Below the pieces are notes generated by a model that saw only the letters and a program-made list of their open reading frames with translations, did no database searches and had not been told where the DNA came from. A stretch of 48,306 nt of DNA from Candidatus Iainarchaeum sp. (GTDB taxonomy: Archaea; B1Sed10-29; WALL01), in contig JAFGGZ010000054.1 of NCBI GenBank assembly GCA_016939415.1, forward strand, positions 1 through 48,306, written 5' to 3'. Below, in pieces: positions 27,157 through 36,742 of the stretch. Position 1 is the first letter of the stretch. Every line of letters starts with the position of its first letter. The position numbers and the translations under genes are program-made.

Positions 27157-27501
27157 TCACCGATGCCGGTTCCTGCTCTCCAGATCCTCAAGCTTCTCCT
27201 TCAGATCCACGATGCGCATCTCCCTGCCCAAGAGGAACTTGTTGAGCTTCTCGACCTCGCTGAGCTTTTCCTTCAACTGCTCTTCGGCATGCTTCCCTCT
27301 CTCTATGTCTGCCTTCAGCTTGCGGTTGAGTGCCATGAACTCATCCGATATGAGTTCAAGGGAGCGCTCAACCATCGCGCGGTCTTTGTCAGCCTGCTTG
27401 TACGCCTCGTCAATGGCCTTGATGAATTGCTTCAGGTCTTCGGGCACGTTTGGGTACGCTGATAGATACTTCTTGAGTTGCCGCTCCAGCAACCGGTGCA
27501 T
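27157..27501 (-). CDS. FIST-associated coiled-coil signalling protein without an output domain
   Basis: MHRLLERQLKK...ERSLEL.S.E N-terminus typical of sensors downstream of FIST genes; ends REMRI.DLK. Confidence 0.7.
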   Translation of the reverse strand: MHRLLERQLKKYLSAYPNVPEDLKQFIKAIDEAYKQADKDRAMVERSLELISDEFMALNRKLKADIERGKHAEEQLKEKLSEVEKLNKFLLGREMRIVDLKEKLEDLESRNRHR

Positions 27502-27502
27502 A

Positions 27503-28642
27503 TTACCTTGTCTCCGAAAAGACTGTGATGGTCATGGTCTGGTTGTGCAGTTCTGAGCAGGGACTTGAATCGGACGGGCATATCTCGCCATACGAATAAA
27601 ACCCTGTGATCACTGCTTTCTTGCCGAGCACGCTGCGGACACCCTCCACCTCATCCTCAACCCTCTGCTTGAGCACGAGTTTCCTGCCGACGCAACTGAC
27701 GAGGAGTGCGAGTTCAGGCGCTGCCTTCAGGATATTGCGGGCCTTTTCAGCTGCGCCGTGAGCGCCGTCCACGAGCCGGTCCATGTTTGCTTTCATGAAC
27801 TGGGCGTAGTAGCCTTCCGGAACATCGCCTGCGAACGTCATGCTCTGATCTTTTTCACTGACGTTCAGGATTGTCCGGACCAGTTTGGTCTTTCCGTCCG
27901 GAGACCTGATGCTCAGCGGGAAGAAGAGTCCTGTGGCAGGCAAGCCCTTGGCTTCCCTGCCCAGGTATTTCTTGTACAGCTCCAGCGCGGAATTGCCGTC
28001 GAGCTCGTACAACACATTGCCGTCCGACTTCGTGATCTCCCGCTCAGGGCCGAACGCGTCCCAGCCACCAAGCGAGCCGTAGCCGACCCGCAGGTGCTTG
28101 CCGTAAAAACCGATGACAACGATGTTGCCTTCAGCCACCTCACCATCAGCGAACACCAGCGTCTGCTTGAATCTCGCGCCGTCGCCTGCCAACCCGCCTG
28201 TCACTGCAACATTCTTCGGCAAGGCCTTCAGCATGCCTGCTGTAAGCTCGCTGCCGTTCACTTTCTGGCCGTCAGAAAGCACGAACACGTGCACCAAGTC
28301 CTTGAAAGGCAGCTGCTTCACGAGTTTCTCGCCAGCGTCAAAGCTGTTCTTGGCCTGCTTGATGTTGATCTTGGCGCACTTCACCTGCGTCTTGTCGAAA
28401 TGCACTGCCGTGGAAACGATGGTGCCATCGCAAACAGTAACGCCGCAGATCTCTCCTGCGGTCGAGCACCCGATCACACAGGCCTTGGGGTATGCCTTGA
28501 CCACTTCTGAGACCTGCTTCTTCTTTTTGAGCGTGTCCGTATCACCGAACATGAGCACCAACTGAGCGGTCTTCCCCAGACCCCCCCAAGCTTTTTTTGA
28601 CCAGCCGTTCTCTTTTGACCATGAGACTTGTTCGACCTGCAT
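27503..28642 (-). CDS. FIST N- and C-domain sensory protein
   Basis: GCSTAGEI, GGLAGD, SCVGRK and GFYSYGEI...LHNQTMT motifs. Confidence 0.93.
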   Translation of the reverse strand: MQVEQVSWSKENGWSKKAWGGLGKTAQLVLMFGDTDTLKKKKQVSEVVKAYPKACVIGCSTAGEICGVTVCDGTIVSTAVHFDKTQVKCAKINIKQAKNSFDAGEKLVKQLPFKDLVHVFVLSDGQKVNGSELTAGMLKALPKNVAVTGGLAGDGARFKQTLVFADGEVAEGNIVVIGFYGKHLRVGYGSLGGWDAFGPEREITKSDGNVLYELDGNSALELYKKYLGREAKGLPATGLFFPLSIRSPDGKTKLVRTILNVSEKDQSMTFAGDVPEGYYAQFMKANMDRLVDGAHGAAEKARNILKAAPELALLVSCVGRKLVLKQRVEDEVEGVRSVLGKKAVITGFYSYGEICPSDSSPCSELHNQTMTITVFSETR

Positions 28643-28691
28643 GACACCAACTCCGGATACTAACAACTATTCGAAGGGGGTTAATAAAGAT

Positions 28692-28889
28692 TCACTCGAA
28701 GAGGAACAGGCGCTCAATGCTCGCGCCCAGCTCTTTCGCGATTTTGTAAGCCAGTTGCAGCGAGGGGTTATACTTGCCTTTCTCGAGGAAGATGATTGTC
28801 TGCCGCGTCACGCCCACCCTGTCAGCCAGCTCTTCCTGGGTGAGGCCCTTCTTCTGCCGAAATGCCTTGATCCGCGTCCTGAATGCCAT
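28692..28889 (-). CDS. XRE-family HTH transcriptional regulator
   Basis: [27 protein letters not shown]. Confidence 0.94.
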   Translation of the reverse strand: MAFRTRIKAFRQKKGLTQEELADRVGVTRQTIIFLEKGKYNPSLQLAYKIAKELGASIERLFLFE

Positions 28890-29254
28890 CAGTCGCCCTT
28901 CTGCTTGTAGTAAGCGTAAGAGCCTAGGTACGAGATCGTGCCCAGGGCGAACACGGGCATGATTGTGGTTGAGACAGGCCAGACGGCTCCGGTGCCTTCT
29001 GCGTATATGACCAGGAAGGCTATGGTGAACATCATTGCCACGAAGCCGTTCCGCGCAGAGCGGTTGTACACTGACCAGAGCCGCTCGTCTTCGTACGCCT
29101 TTGTCTTGCGCATCCCCCATAGCTTGACGAGGCTTGATGCGACTGCCACGGCCAGCAGTGCGGGTATTATGCTATACGCCCTGACATACACAGCCCAACC
29201 CAAGATCACTGCCAAGAAAACGATTTTGAGAGCGAACCTCCTTGTCTTTTCCAT
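28889..29254 (-). CDS. DUF2178-like membrane protein
   Basis: 4 TM helices with a central DER motif; coupled to the XRE gene. Confidence 0.75.
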   Translation of the reverse strand: MEKTRRFALKIVFLAVILGWAVYVRAYSIIPALLAVAVASSLVKLWGMRKTKAYEDERLWSVYNRSARNGFVAMMFTIAFLVIYAEGTGAVWPVSTTIMPVFALGTISYLGSYAYYKQKGD

Positions 29255-29263
29255 AACACCACC

Positions 29264-29299
29264 ATGTAAAACATTTCTAACGTAATATATTTTTAACAT
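29264..29299. promoter_or_regulatory. Putative XRE operator
   Basis: Tandem GTAAAACATTTCTAAC/GTAATATATTTTTAAC bounded by ATGT...ACAT just upstream of the DUF2178-XRE pair. Confidence 0.5.
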
Positions 29300-29352
29300 T
29301 CATGTATTAAAGGCTTTCGGGCGGAACAGATAAATACACACGCGCCGAAGTG

Positions 29353-29508
29353 ATGCTCGTGAGAGACAGGTCCAGGAATGAGGGGGTTCTGGCAGTCGTC
29401 GCGGCGCTGGTCGTGCTGTTCACTGCCGTACTCGACCCGATGGTGTCGGTAGCGCTCTCTGCTTCCTTGCTTGCGTTGTGGGGCGCGCACAAGCTCTTGA
29501 GGAGATAG
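29353..29508 (+). CDS. 51-aa two-TM small membrane protein
   Basis: MLVRDRSRNEGVLAVVAALVVLFTAVLDPMVSVALSASLLALWGAHKLLRR; below the ORF cutoff. Confidence 0.6.
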   Translation: MLVRDRSRNEGVLAVVAALVVLFTAVLDPMVSVALSASLLALWGAHKLLRR

Positions 29509-29542
29509 GAACGAACCGCCAGGGCTCTTGAAACGCTTGCGA

Positions 29543-30601
29543 TTACACGCCCAGTATTACCCACAAGCCAAGCGCAAGCATCACCAACCCTGCGACAAGG
29601 TGCAGGTGCCTTATGCGCTCATCCTTCCACTTCTGCATCTCTTCAATGCGCTTGTACCCAAAGTAAAATAATCCATTAATGACAAGGAGTGGGACGACGA
29701 ACACCACGTTGTAGTAGAGCAGGAGCGGGATTGCCGCATCACGCGTTGACTTCTCAGCCAAAAGACCGAGAATGAACAAGTACGGCCCGCCCGTGCACGG
29801 CAGCTCGAACAAACAGACAACGAAACCCGCCAGGAAAGCGCCGATGGGAGTCGTGGCCTTCTCAAGTATCGCCTTCAACCTCGGCCGCCAGCAGCGCGGA
29901 ATTTCCATGACGAAGCCACCACAGCCATACCAGAAGAAATCCTTTATGTTGGCAAGGCCTATCAGAATCGCAAGTATGCCGACCGCCTGGTAGAAAATAT
30001 AAGACAGCCCGGAGACTTTTATTGCCGAGAACAGCCCCAACCCGAAGAGGAAATAAGCGATATAAAGAGCCGCTGTGAAAGCGAGGCCCGCGGTCAACGC
30101 CCGTTTTCGACCGCCTGCCGCGAGCAAAGCCGCCAGAAGGATCAGCAGGACAGCCATCGCACACGGATTGATCGAGTCGACGAGCGCCGCCCCCGTGAGC
30201 AGCCACAACGATACCGTTTCCCTCTCGAGTTCAGATATCTCGCCTGCAAGACCTGAGCTAACCATGCGAGCGTCAAGCGATGGACACTCCTCCCTGAGCT
30301 GGGACTCCAGCTGATTGATTATCGGCGAGTCCCCAACAAGGTAGTAATCCCCTGTGAAGGCTACGGGCACCCCCCTCATAGCCATTGGCACGCTATAGGC
30401 ATTGAAGTACTGCCGGAGCAGCGCCAGATTCGTGGAATTGTCATAAACCTCGAAGCGGTGCACCTCAACGCCTTTCGCCTCGAGCATGTCGATTGTTGAC
30501 TCCGCCCTCGCGCAGTGAGGACACCCATTTCCGTAGAAGAAATACGCGCATTGCGCTGACGCAAGCGACAGCAAAAGCAGGGATATCAATGCCTTCCTCA
30601 T
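29543..30601 (-). CDS. Thioredoxin/glutaredoxin (CPHC) fused to a CcdA/DsbD-like transmembrane electron transporter
   Basis: Signal peptide, FY..GCPHC, DSINPC and ELPCTGGPY motifs. Confidence 0.88.
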   Translation of the reverse strand: MRKALISLLLLSLASAQCAYFFYGNGCPHCARAESTIDMLEAKGVEVHRFEVYDNSTNLALLRQYFNAYSVPMAMRGVPVAFTGDYYLVGDSPIINQLESQLREECPSLDARMVSSGLAGEISELERETVSLWLLTGAALVDSINPCAMAVLLILLAALLAAGGRKRALTAGLAFTAALYIAYFLFGLGLFSAIKVSGLSYIFYQAVGILAILIGLANIKDFFWYGCGGFVMEIPRCWRPRLKAILEKATTPIGAFLAGFVVCLFELPCTGGPYLFILGLLAEKSTRDAAIPLLLYYNVVFVVPLLVINGLFYFGYKRIEEMQKWKDERIRHLHLVAGLVMLALGLWVILGV

Positions 30602-31455
30602 CTCATAACCCCTTCGAGTATCTTCCGGAAAACCGGTTCAAGCCCTGGCTTACGGACGATCACCGGCTTCAACAAGACAAGCGCCTCAACAAAAGCCATG
30701 TCATAGGGTATTTCTGCGAGGACATTTAAGTTCTTTTTTGTCGCGAAAGAGCGGATTTCTTCAGTCATCCTCGGATTCAAATCCGCTTTATTGATAACAA
30801 TACCTGCGGGTATACCGAAGTGCTCCACGACGCCAAGCGCACGGCTCAAGTCCCACAAAGCAGCGGGCGTCGGCTCGGTCACTGCCACAACAAAATCACA
30901 GCCCTGCACAGATGCAACAACAGGGCAGCCGATGCCGGCAGCGCAATCGATGACGAGCACATCAGCCCCAATGCTCTCGGCAAGCCGCTTCACCTCGAAA
31001 ACAACTTTCCCGGAACTCGCTTCACCCATCTTCAACTGCGCAGAAACAACGGGAAAGCCGTACGGCGTAACAGCCGTGCCGATGGTCGCATTCTGCACTG
31101 GCTTGAGCACAATCGCCTCCGAAGGGCACGCGATTACACACGCTCCGCATCCCTCACAAAGAGCGTCGTTGAACACAGGCAACCCATTAACCATCTTAAC
31201 GGCGCCGAAAACACACACTTCCGCGCACCTTCCACAGCCAGTGCACTTGCCCGGAACCAAGCGGGCTTTTTCGCTCACAGAAAGGCTTTTTTCCTCATCG
31301 AGCTGCTTAACGCCCAAAACCAGCGCCAGGTTGGCGGCATCCACATCGCAATCAGCAGCAACGACGCTATGATCACGCGCAAGCAGGACAGCCAAAGAAG
31401 CAGCTATACTACTTTTGCCCACACCTCCCTTACCTGACAAAACCGCCAGTTTCAC
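30598..31455 (-). CDS. MinD-like P-loop ATPase with inserted 2x[4Fe-4S] ferredoxin (COG1149)
   Basis: SGKGGVGKS, DCDVDA, two CxxCxxCxxxC motifs and GIGCP. Confidence 0.92.
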   Translation of the reverse strand: MKLAVLSGKGGVGKSSIAASLAVLLARDHSVVAADCDVDAANLALVLGVKQLDEEKSLSVSEKARLVPGKCTGCGRCAEVCVFGAVKMVNGLPVFNDALCEGCGACVIACPSEAIVLKPVQNATIGTAVTPYGFPVVSAQLKMGEASSGKVVFEVKRLAESIGADVLVIDCAAGIGCPVVASVQGCDFVVAVTEPTPAALWDLSRALGVVEHFGIPAGIVINKADLNPRMTEEIRSFATKKNLNVLAEIPYDMAFVEALVLLKPVIVRKPGLEPVFRKILEGVMR

Positions 31456-32210
31456 AATTCAGGCCTCCTCTTCCTCGTTTCTTGTAGATCCAGCGGGACA
31501 GCATCCTGACTCTTGGCATCATACACCATTACGGTATTAAGGCCAGCGAACTCTGTCTTTATCCGATCCATCTCCGCGCGCCCAAGTGGTTTGCAACCGC
31601 ACGGCCTCAGAGGGGTGTCCAAGAAGATGTCATTGGGTTTTATCTGTCTCGCAAGCTCTGCCATATCTCCAGCACAGTCTTTGTTCTTGTCGATGAACAT
31701 CATCTGAAGGTCAAACTCCCCGCGAAACTCGTTTCTCATCGCCTTGATGCCGTCAACAATCTCCTCAAAACGTATTCCAGCAACAGGCCGGTTTATCTCC
31801 TCGAACAACTCCTGACCAGGCGCATCAAGCTTTGCGTGTATAACATCGAAATACATCAAGCTCTCCCTGACCTCAGGCAGGTAAAGGAGAGAGGAATTGG
31901 TTAGTATCGCCATAGGCACGCTAATGACATGCTTCACAACAGCAGCAATCTTGTCGATATTGCTCGCAAGCGTGGGCTCACCCATCCCAGAAAACGTGAC
32001 AATGTCCGGCGCCGCTCTCGCGAAGGCTGATTCCAGCTCCTCCCCGACGACTGCTGCATCAACAAACCTTTTCCTTTCGGTGGTCTTCAAGCGTGTCGGG
32101 CCGAGCTGGCAGTAAACACAATCAAAAGAACAGACGTTGATGCATACTGGATCTACGCCCAAAGATCGTCCGAGCCGCCAAGAAGGAACGGGCCCGTAAA
32201 CCGTTTTCAC
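31452..32210 (-). CDS. Radical SAM protein (COG0731-like)
   Basis: YGPVPSWRLGRSLG, CSFDCVYC and FSG.GEPTL motifs. Confidence 0.92.
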   Translation of the reverse strand: MKTVYGPVPSWRLGRSLGVDPVCINVCSFDCVYCQLGPTRLKTTERKRFVDAAVVGEELESAFARAAPDIVTFSGMGEPTLASNIDKIAAVVKHVISVPMAILTNSSLLYLPEVRESLMYFDVIHAKLDAPGQELFEEINRPVAGIRFEEIVDGIKAMRNEFRGEFDLQMMFIDKNKDCAGDMAELARQIKPNDIFLDTPLRPCGCKPLGRAEMDRIKTEFAGLNTVMVYDAKSQDAVPLDLQETRKRRPEL

Positions 32211-33046
32211 TTCATTCCCTCCACACGTTCAGCCAGAGATATTATTGCCGGCACCTTCACTGGCTCTCCAAGCGAATAGGCCTTGAACACCTCTTCGCTG
32301 TAAGGTATTTCCACCGCCACTTCAGCGCCAAAGCGCTCGGCAATCCGCTTGATGCCATACGGCGGCGCAATGCCAGCGCGGTTGAGCACGACTTTTGCGG
32401 GCACGTCAAGCTTTCCGAGCAACTCCAGTATCAGAGAAAGGTCATGTTCACCCAAGGGGGTCGGCTCGGTCACTGCGAAAGCCAGCTTAACGCCTTCCAG
32501 AGCGGATATCACATCACAGTGAGTCCCAGCCGCGGTGTCGATTACCACGTAATCGAATCCGCTCTCTATCTTTTTGAGGTGACGCTTCAAGGCATTCACC
32601 ACGAACTCAGAAACCACTTCAGAAACCTTCAACTCCCCGCTGAGAAGACGCACGCCTCTCCCCTCACCCTCAAAAATGAACCCGATTTCCTTGCTCGCCT
32701 TGCCAATCGCACCCACCGGGCATGCGAGCATGCACGCGCCGCACCCGCTGCACTGCTCCTCGATGAACACAGGATGATCACCACGGCGATGAATAACCGC
32801 ACTCATCTTGCATACCTCAGCGCACCTGCCGCAGCGGGTGCAGAGATTCTTGTCGAGCACGGGGATGGTTTTGGTGACTGTGTCGACCTTACTGCGCTTT
32901 ATCGCTAAGATCAAGTGGTCGTCAGGACAGTCCACGTCCGCATCCACCAGCAGCACCTTATGTCTTTTAGCGAGCTCGAAAGCCAGCGCAGTCGCTACAG
33001 TGGACTTCCCCGTCCCCCCCTTGCCGCCGGTAACCGCGATCCTCAA
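32207..33046 (-). CDS. MinD-like P-loop ATPase with inserted ferredoxin (COG1149), second paralogue
   Basis: GGKGGTGKS, two CxxCxxCxxxC motifs, AAGTHC and VTEPTP; TTG start overlapping the upstream stop. Confidence 0.92.
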   Translation of the reverse strand: MRIAVTGGKGGTGKSTVATALAFELAKRHKVLLVDADVDCPDDHLILAIKRSKVDTVTKTIPVLDKNLCTRCGRCAEVCKMSAVIHRRGDHPVFIEEQCSGCGACMLACPVGAIGKASKEIGFIFEGEGRGVRLLSGELKVSEVVSEFVVNALKRHLKKIESGFDYVVIDTAAGTHCDVISALEGVKLAFAVTEPTPLGEHDLSLILELLGKLDVPAKVVLNRAGIAPPYGIKRIAERFGAEVAVEIPYSEEVFKAYSLGEPVKVPAIISLAERVEGMK

Positions 33047-33378
33047 TGCCCACACCCTTCTTCCAAACTTTTCAAAGACGGGAGATTACTAATGACCTCC
33101 CTCACCGTCGAGTACGGGCCGGTCAAGGCTTTCAGACCGAGTTCGGAAAGCGCCTCGATCGCCCTGGATCCGATGCCGTGAACAAACACAGCGGCAACTC
33201 CCTCCCGTACCAAAACATCAACAGGTGTGCACCTCTCATGCTCGTGCTCCTCGCACTCGAAAAATGCCGAGCTTTTGTCGTTGGTGTCGTACACGAAGAA
33301 GAAACTCACGTGACCGAAGTGGCTGCTCACCCTCGACTCCAAGCCATTTTTTTCAGTGACTGGGATTGCGATCTTCAC
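33043..33378 (-). CDS. NifB/NifX-family (COG1433) metal-cluster-binding protein
   Basis: KIAIP, HFG, IG.RA...L and C-terminal GCGH motifs. Confidence 0.88.
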   Translation of the reverse strand: MKIAIPVTEKNGLESRVSSHFGHVSFFFVYDTNDKSSAFFECEEHEHERCTPVDVLVREGVAAVFVHGIGSRAIEALSELGLKALTGPYSTVREVISNLPSLKSLEEGCGH

Positions 33379-33387
33379 GTTAGCGCC

Positions 33388-33735
33388 TCACTCAATTATT
33401 TTACTTAGTTCACCAGCAGCAAGCTTTTGTACATTCTCTTCAACATTCCCGCTCACAGCAGCATACATTTCCACGCCGAACTGATTAAGCACTGAGGACG
33501 CCCTCGGACCGATTGCACCAGAGATCACTGCATCAACCTTCTCATTGACGATCAACTCTGCAGCAGCGATTCCGGCGCCACCGCGCTGGTCGATGGCCGG
33601 GTTCTTGACTGCTTTGACGAAACTGATTCCCTCACCGCTTACCTCCATTATGACGAAATAGGGGCAGCGACCGAAAACATTGCTCACTTCAGAATCTTTT
33701 CCCTCTCCTGTTGCTGTTACTGCTACTCTCATCAA
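33388..33735 (-). CDS. NifB/NifX-family (COG1433) protein
   Basis: FGRCPYF, GGAGI.AA and G.IGPRA motifs. Confidence 0.9.
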   Translation of the reverse strand: MMRVAVTATGEGKDSEVSNVFGRCPYFVIMEVSGEGISFVKAVKNPAIDQRGGAGIAAAELIVNEKVDAVISGAIGPRASSVLNQFGVEMYAAVSGNVEENVQKLAAGELSKIIE

Positions 33736-33736
33736 A

Positions 33737-34171
33737 TCACCTCACCATTTTTGCTCCGCACTTCGGACACTTCATCTCATAGCACGGCACGCCGCGCTGG
33801 TGCGGGGATTTAGTGCCGCACTTCGGGCAGACGCACTCGCCGCCAGGGCCGAGCGCCCTCCCGCTCATCCTGCCTCTTCCTCCAATCATATAATCACCTC
33901 CTTCGATGCGGATTGCCTTCCCGCTGATCAATGCATCGCTTACCTTATGCCGGGCTGAACCGAGAAGACGGTTGAAGGTCGGCTGCGAAATCCTCATCTT
34001 CTCTGCTGCTTTCTCCTGGGGCATGTTCTCCGAGTCCGCGAGCCGCAGCGCTTCATACTCATCAACAGTCAGGACTACTTCGTCCAGATCGCTGATCGGC
34101 ACGCCGCGCGGCTTGAAGTACGTTATCCCCGGTTCGCTTCCGACCCACCGCCTCTTCCTCGGTCGTGGCAT
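33737..34171 (-). CDS. DUF134 HTH regulator fused to a C-terminal Cys-rich zinc-ribbon module
   Basis: [17 protein letters not shown] and M.ISQPTF motifs; tail [12 protein letters not shown]...PC....CPKCG. Confidence 0.9.
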   Translation of the reverse strand: MPRPRKRRWVGSEPGITYFKPRGVPISDLDEVVLTVDEYEALRLADSENMPQEKAAEKMRISQPTFNRLLGSARHKVSDALISGKAIRIEGGDYMIGGRGRMSGRALGPGGECVCPKCGTKSPHQRGVPCYEMKCPKCGAKMVR

Positions 34172-34173
34172 AC

Positions 34174-34428
34174 TCAATCATGCTCTTCGAAAGCCTTGTC
34201 CTGCTCGGCATCGTTCTTCCTGATCCATTCCATCAGCATGGCTGCGTGCTCCTTCTCCTCATCCCGGTTATGCTCAAGGATTCTCTTCAGCCCTGCATCC
34301 GAAACATTCTCAACCCGTTCCTGATACCAGTTTATCGCTTCCAGTTCCTCTACCAGCGATTGCCTCGCTCGTTCCAGATCCTTGGTCTCCTGCGAAAGGT
34401 TTTCTCTTCCTTCATGCTCTCCTGTCAT
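34174..34428 (-). CDS. Encapsulated-ferritin (EncFtn)-like protein
   Basis: [14 protein letters not shown] and [17 protein letters not shown] motifs. Confidence 0.88.
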   Translation of the reverse strand: MTGEHEGRENLSQETKDLERARQSLVEELEAINWYQERVENVSDAGLKRILEHNRDEEKEHAAMLMEWIRKNDAEQDKAFEEHD

Positions 34429-34429
34429 T

Positions 34430-34717
34430 TCACTCACTCAATTCCTTCAGCTTTTTTGCTATACCCTGTCTTGCGGCTTCAAGCTCTTCAAGCTCTGCTT
34501 CCATGACCTTCTTTTCCTCTTCAAGTATACTTACTTGCTGGTCCTTGGTAAGCTCCACCTGTCGCGCTGGCGCAAAACCCAAAAATCGTCTTCCGCGACC
34601 CATTCCACGGCCAAAGCCCATTCCGAAAGCTACTGAGCTGAAGCCCGGGCAATTGCCCAAACCTCTTCCGGTTCTAGGTCCATGACCCATGGGTCCGGTT
34701 CCATCTCCATACGGCAT
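34430..34717 (-). CDS. DUF5320 family protein
   Basis: MPYGDGTGP.G.GP.TGRGLG.C, GFGRG repeats and a C-terminal coiled coil. Confidence 0.9.
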   Translation of the reverse strand: MPYGDGTGPMGHGPRTGRGLGNCPGFSSVAFGMGFGRGMGRGRRFLGFAPARQVELTKDQQVSILEEEKKVMEAELEELEAARQGIAKKLKELSE

Positions 34718-34749
34718 TTTTACATCACCTCTTTTTGTTTATAGAGTTA

Positions 34750-34763
34750 TGAATAATTATTCA
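34750..34763. promoter_or_regulatory. Palindromic operator between the TATA box and the DUF5320 operon
   Basis: Perfect palindrome TGAATAATTATTCA; minus-strand TTTAAATA at 34772-34779. Confidence 0.55.
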
Positions 34764-34795
34764 CTAACTACTATTTAAAGGTAACGGATTATGAT

Positions 34796-35527
34796 TCAAA
34801 ACCCCGTTATGATGGACGAGAGAGCAGCGTAAGAGACCATGCCAAACAACAGGCCGAGCGACGCGAAATCCATGCCGCCATACCTCTGGGCGAGTGGCAG
34901 GAGCTCATCCAGGGAAACGAAGATCATGGCCCCCGCCGCAAAAGCGAGCATAAGCGGGTTCAATGCAGGGACCCACGCGAACAAGGCCAGACCCATCAAA
35001 GCCCCCGCAGGCTCTGCGAGAGCAGAGAGAAACGCAAGCCAAAACAGTTCCTTCTTTTTCTTTGCCATAACGAGCGGTATCCCTAGCGCGAATTCTTCAG
35101 GGATGTTGTGCAGGCCTATGCCAATAGCAACAGCAGTGCCTGCAAGGGGATTGACCATGAACGCTGTGGCCATGGCGAATCCTTCAGGGAAGTCGTGGAT
35201 TATGAGACCGAGCGCCACCATATGCCCGGTCTTGAGTTCTCTGGCTTTTTTCGCGGACTCTTTGATGAAGTGTATGTGGGGGTAGAGGAAGTCGAATGAC
35301 CAGACCACTAGGAAGCCAGTGGCGAACACGGCCAGGACGAGCAGCTCGTCCGCTTCGGATATGGCTAATGGGAATAGCTCGAAGAATGAGATCGAGATCA
35401 TGACGCCCGAAGAGAACCCTATGCCGACGCTGGCCAGCTTCTTGGTTTTAGTGCAGCACGTGGCGAGGAGCACGCCAACGAAGGTAGTGAGTCCGGACAG
35501 CAACGCTATGAAGACTATTTCTAGCAC
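34796..35527 (-). CDS. ZIP family (ZupT/GufA-like) metal transporter
   Basis: HDFPEG, LHNIPE and AAGAM...S.DELLP motifs. Confidence 0.93.
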   Translation of the reverse strand: MLEIVFIALLSGLTTFVGVLLATCCTKTKKLASVGIGFSSGVMISISFFELFPLAISEADELLVLAVFATGFLVVWSFDFLYPHIHFIKESAKKARELKTGHMVALGLIIHDFPEGFAMATAFMVNPLAGTAVAIGIGLHNIPEEFALGIPLVMAKKKKELFWLAFLSALAEPAGALMGLALFAWVPALNPLMLAFAAGAMIFVSLDELLPLAQRYGGMDFASLGLLFGMVSYAALSSIITGF

Positions 35528-35584
35528 GAGGAGATAGTTCTCGCTGGCAGTATTTAAGCTTTCTCACGGCGTTGCGTTCAGCAC

Positions 35585-36172
35585 TCAGCCAAAGAGCTTC
35601 TCAAGCTTTTTCTTGTTTTCCTGCGGTCCCTTGAACAGGAGCACGTCGCCTGCGTTCACGACCTCGTCCGCGCTCAGCAGGTACTTCCACTCCTTTTTCT
35701 TGATGGCTATCAAGTGCATGCCTGTCGCGCTCACGACGTCCAGCGCCTGGAACGGCTTGCCGACTGATGCTGACTCTGGCTTGACCTCGACCTTTACGAT
35801 GGCCGCCCTGCCCTGCGACACCACTTCACGGAGGAGGGAGTGCTTCTTCACGCCTTTCCGCACCATGGCCGCTATGTGCCTCGCGCTGTTCGCTATGTCT
35901 TCCGTGTTCTTGGCGACTTCGAGCACTGCGACCATGCCTTCTGCGTCTGCTGGCGGCACCCTGCTGAGTATGGTCTTCAGGTTGACTTCCCGCTCGAGCC
36001 TCCGCACGCTCTCGTACAACGACTCCACGTCCTCGGCGAGTGCTTTGTCGTCTGTCAGCAGCGAGCTGTAAGCCAAGTCGACCATGAGGCTGGACAGGTC
36101 GCGCATGCTTATCAGGTAGTCGAGCACGCCCCTGTCGTTCTCAAGGACTTTTTCCGCGAATTTTTTGTTCAT
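35585..36172 (-). CDS. PhoU-like plus TrkA-C (RCK_C) domain protein
   Basis: M.DLS.LMVDLAYSSLL; C-terminal TGM.LIAIK...GDVL..KG. Confidence 0.85.
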   Translation of the reverse strand: MNKKFAEKVLENDRGVLDYLISMRDLSSLMVDLAYSSLLTDDKALAEDVESLYESVRRLEREVNLKTILSRVPPADAEGMVAVLEVAKNTEDIANSARHIAAMVRKGVKKHSLLREVVSQGRAAIVKVEVKPESASVGKPFQALDVVSATGMHLIAIKKKEWKYLLSADEVVNAGDVLLFKGPQENKKKLEKLFG

Positions 36173-36187
36173 ATACAATCACCCTTT

Positions 36188-36742
36188 TCACAAACTTATT
36201 ACGAATCCTACGAATGAAATGAATATCATGATGCCGACCACGTCGCTGAACGTGGTGAGGAACGGCGCTTCGAAGTTGTCGGGGTCGAGCCGCGCCATCG
36301 TGGTCGCAACGCTGACTGCGACTGCTATGGCAAGGTCAAGCGTCACCACAACGACTGCTGAGGCCATCACCGCGGCGAGGAACTTCAACAGCGGCGGCAT
36401 GGCCAGGCCCAGCACGGCGGAGAAGGCGAATGCTAGCAGCGCCATCACGATGAAGAAGAGGATTGTCGTGACGTACGTGCCGGCGACATTGTCCCTGAAC
36501 CTCTTGCTGCGCAGCGACGCCCTGCCAGTGCCGAGGTGGAGCGACGTGGTGAGTCTGGAGGCGAAGCTGCTGGATATGTCGCCGCACGAGTCGATGAATG
36601 CCGGTATCATGAGCAGCACGCCGGGGTACGTGGCCAGGAACGCGGCGTTCGTCTCGAGGGTGAGTCCTGCGAACATGCTGAGGAAGGTAAACGCAACGAG
36701 TGGTGGCGCGCTCTCGAGGATGATGCGCTTCGCAGAATACAT
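36188..36742 (-). CDS. MgtE membrane-domain protein
   Basis: ASRLTT.LHLG and LDPDN...P.LTT..D motifs. Confidence 0.88.
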   Translation of the reverse strand: MYSAKRIILESAPPLVAFTFLSMFAGLTLETNAAFLATYPGVLLMIPAFIDSCGDISSSFASRLTTSLHLGTGRASLRSKRFRDNVAGTYVTTILFFIVMALLAFAFSAVLGLAMPPLLKFLAAVMASAVVVVTLDLAIAVAVSVATTMARLDPDNFEAPFLTTFSDVVGIMIFISFVGFVISL

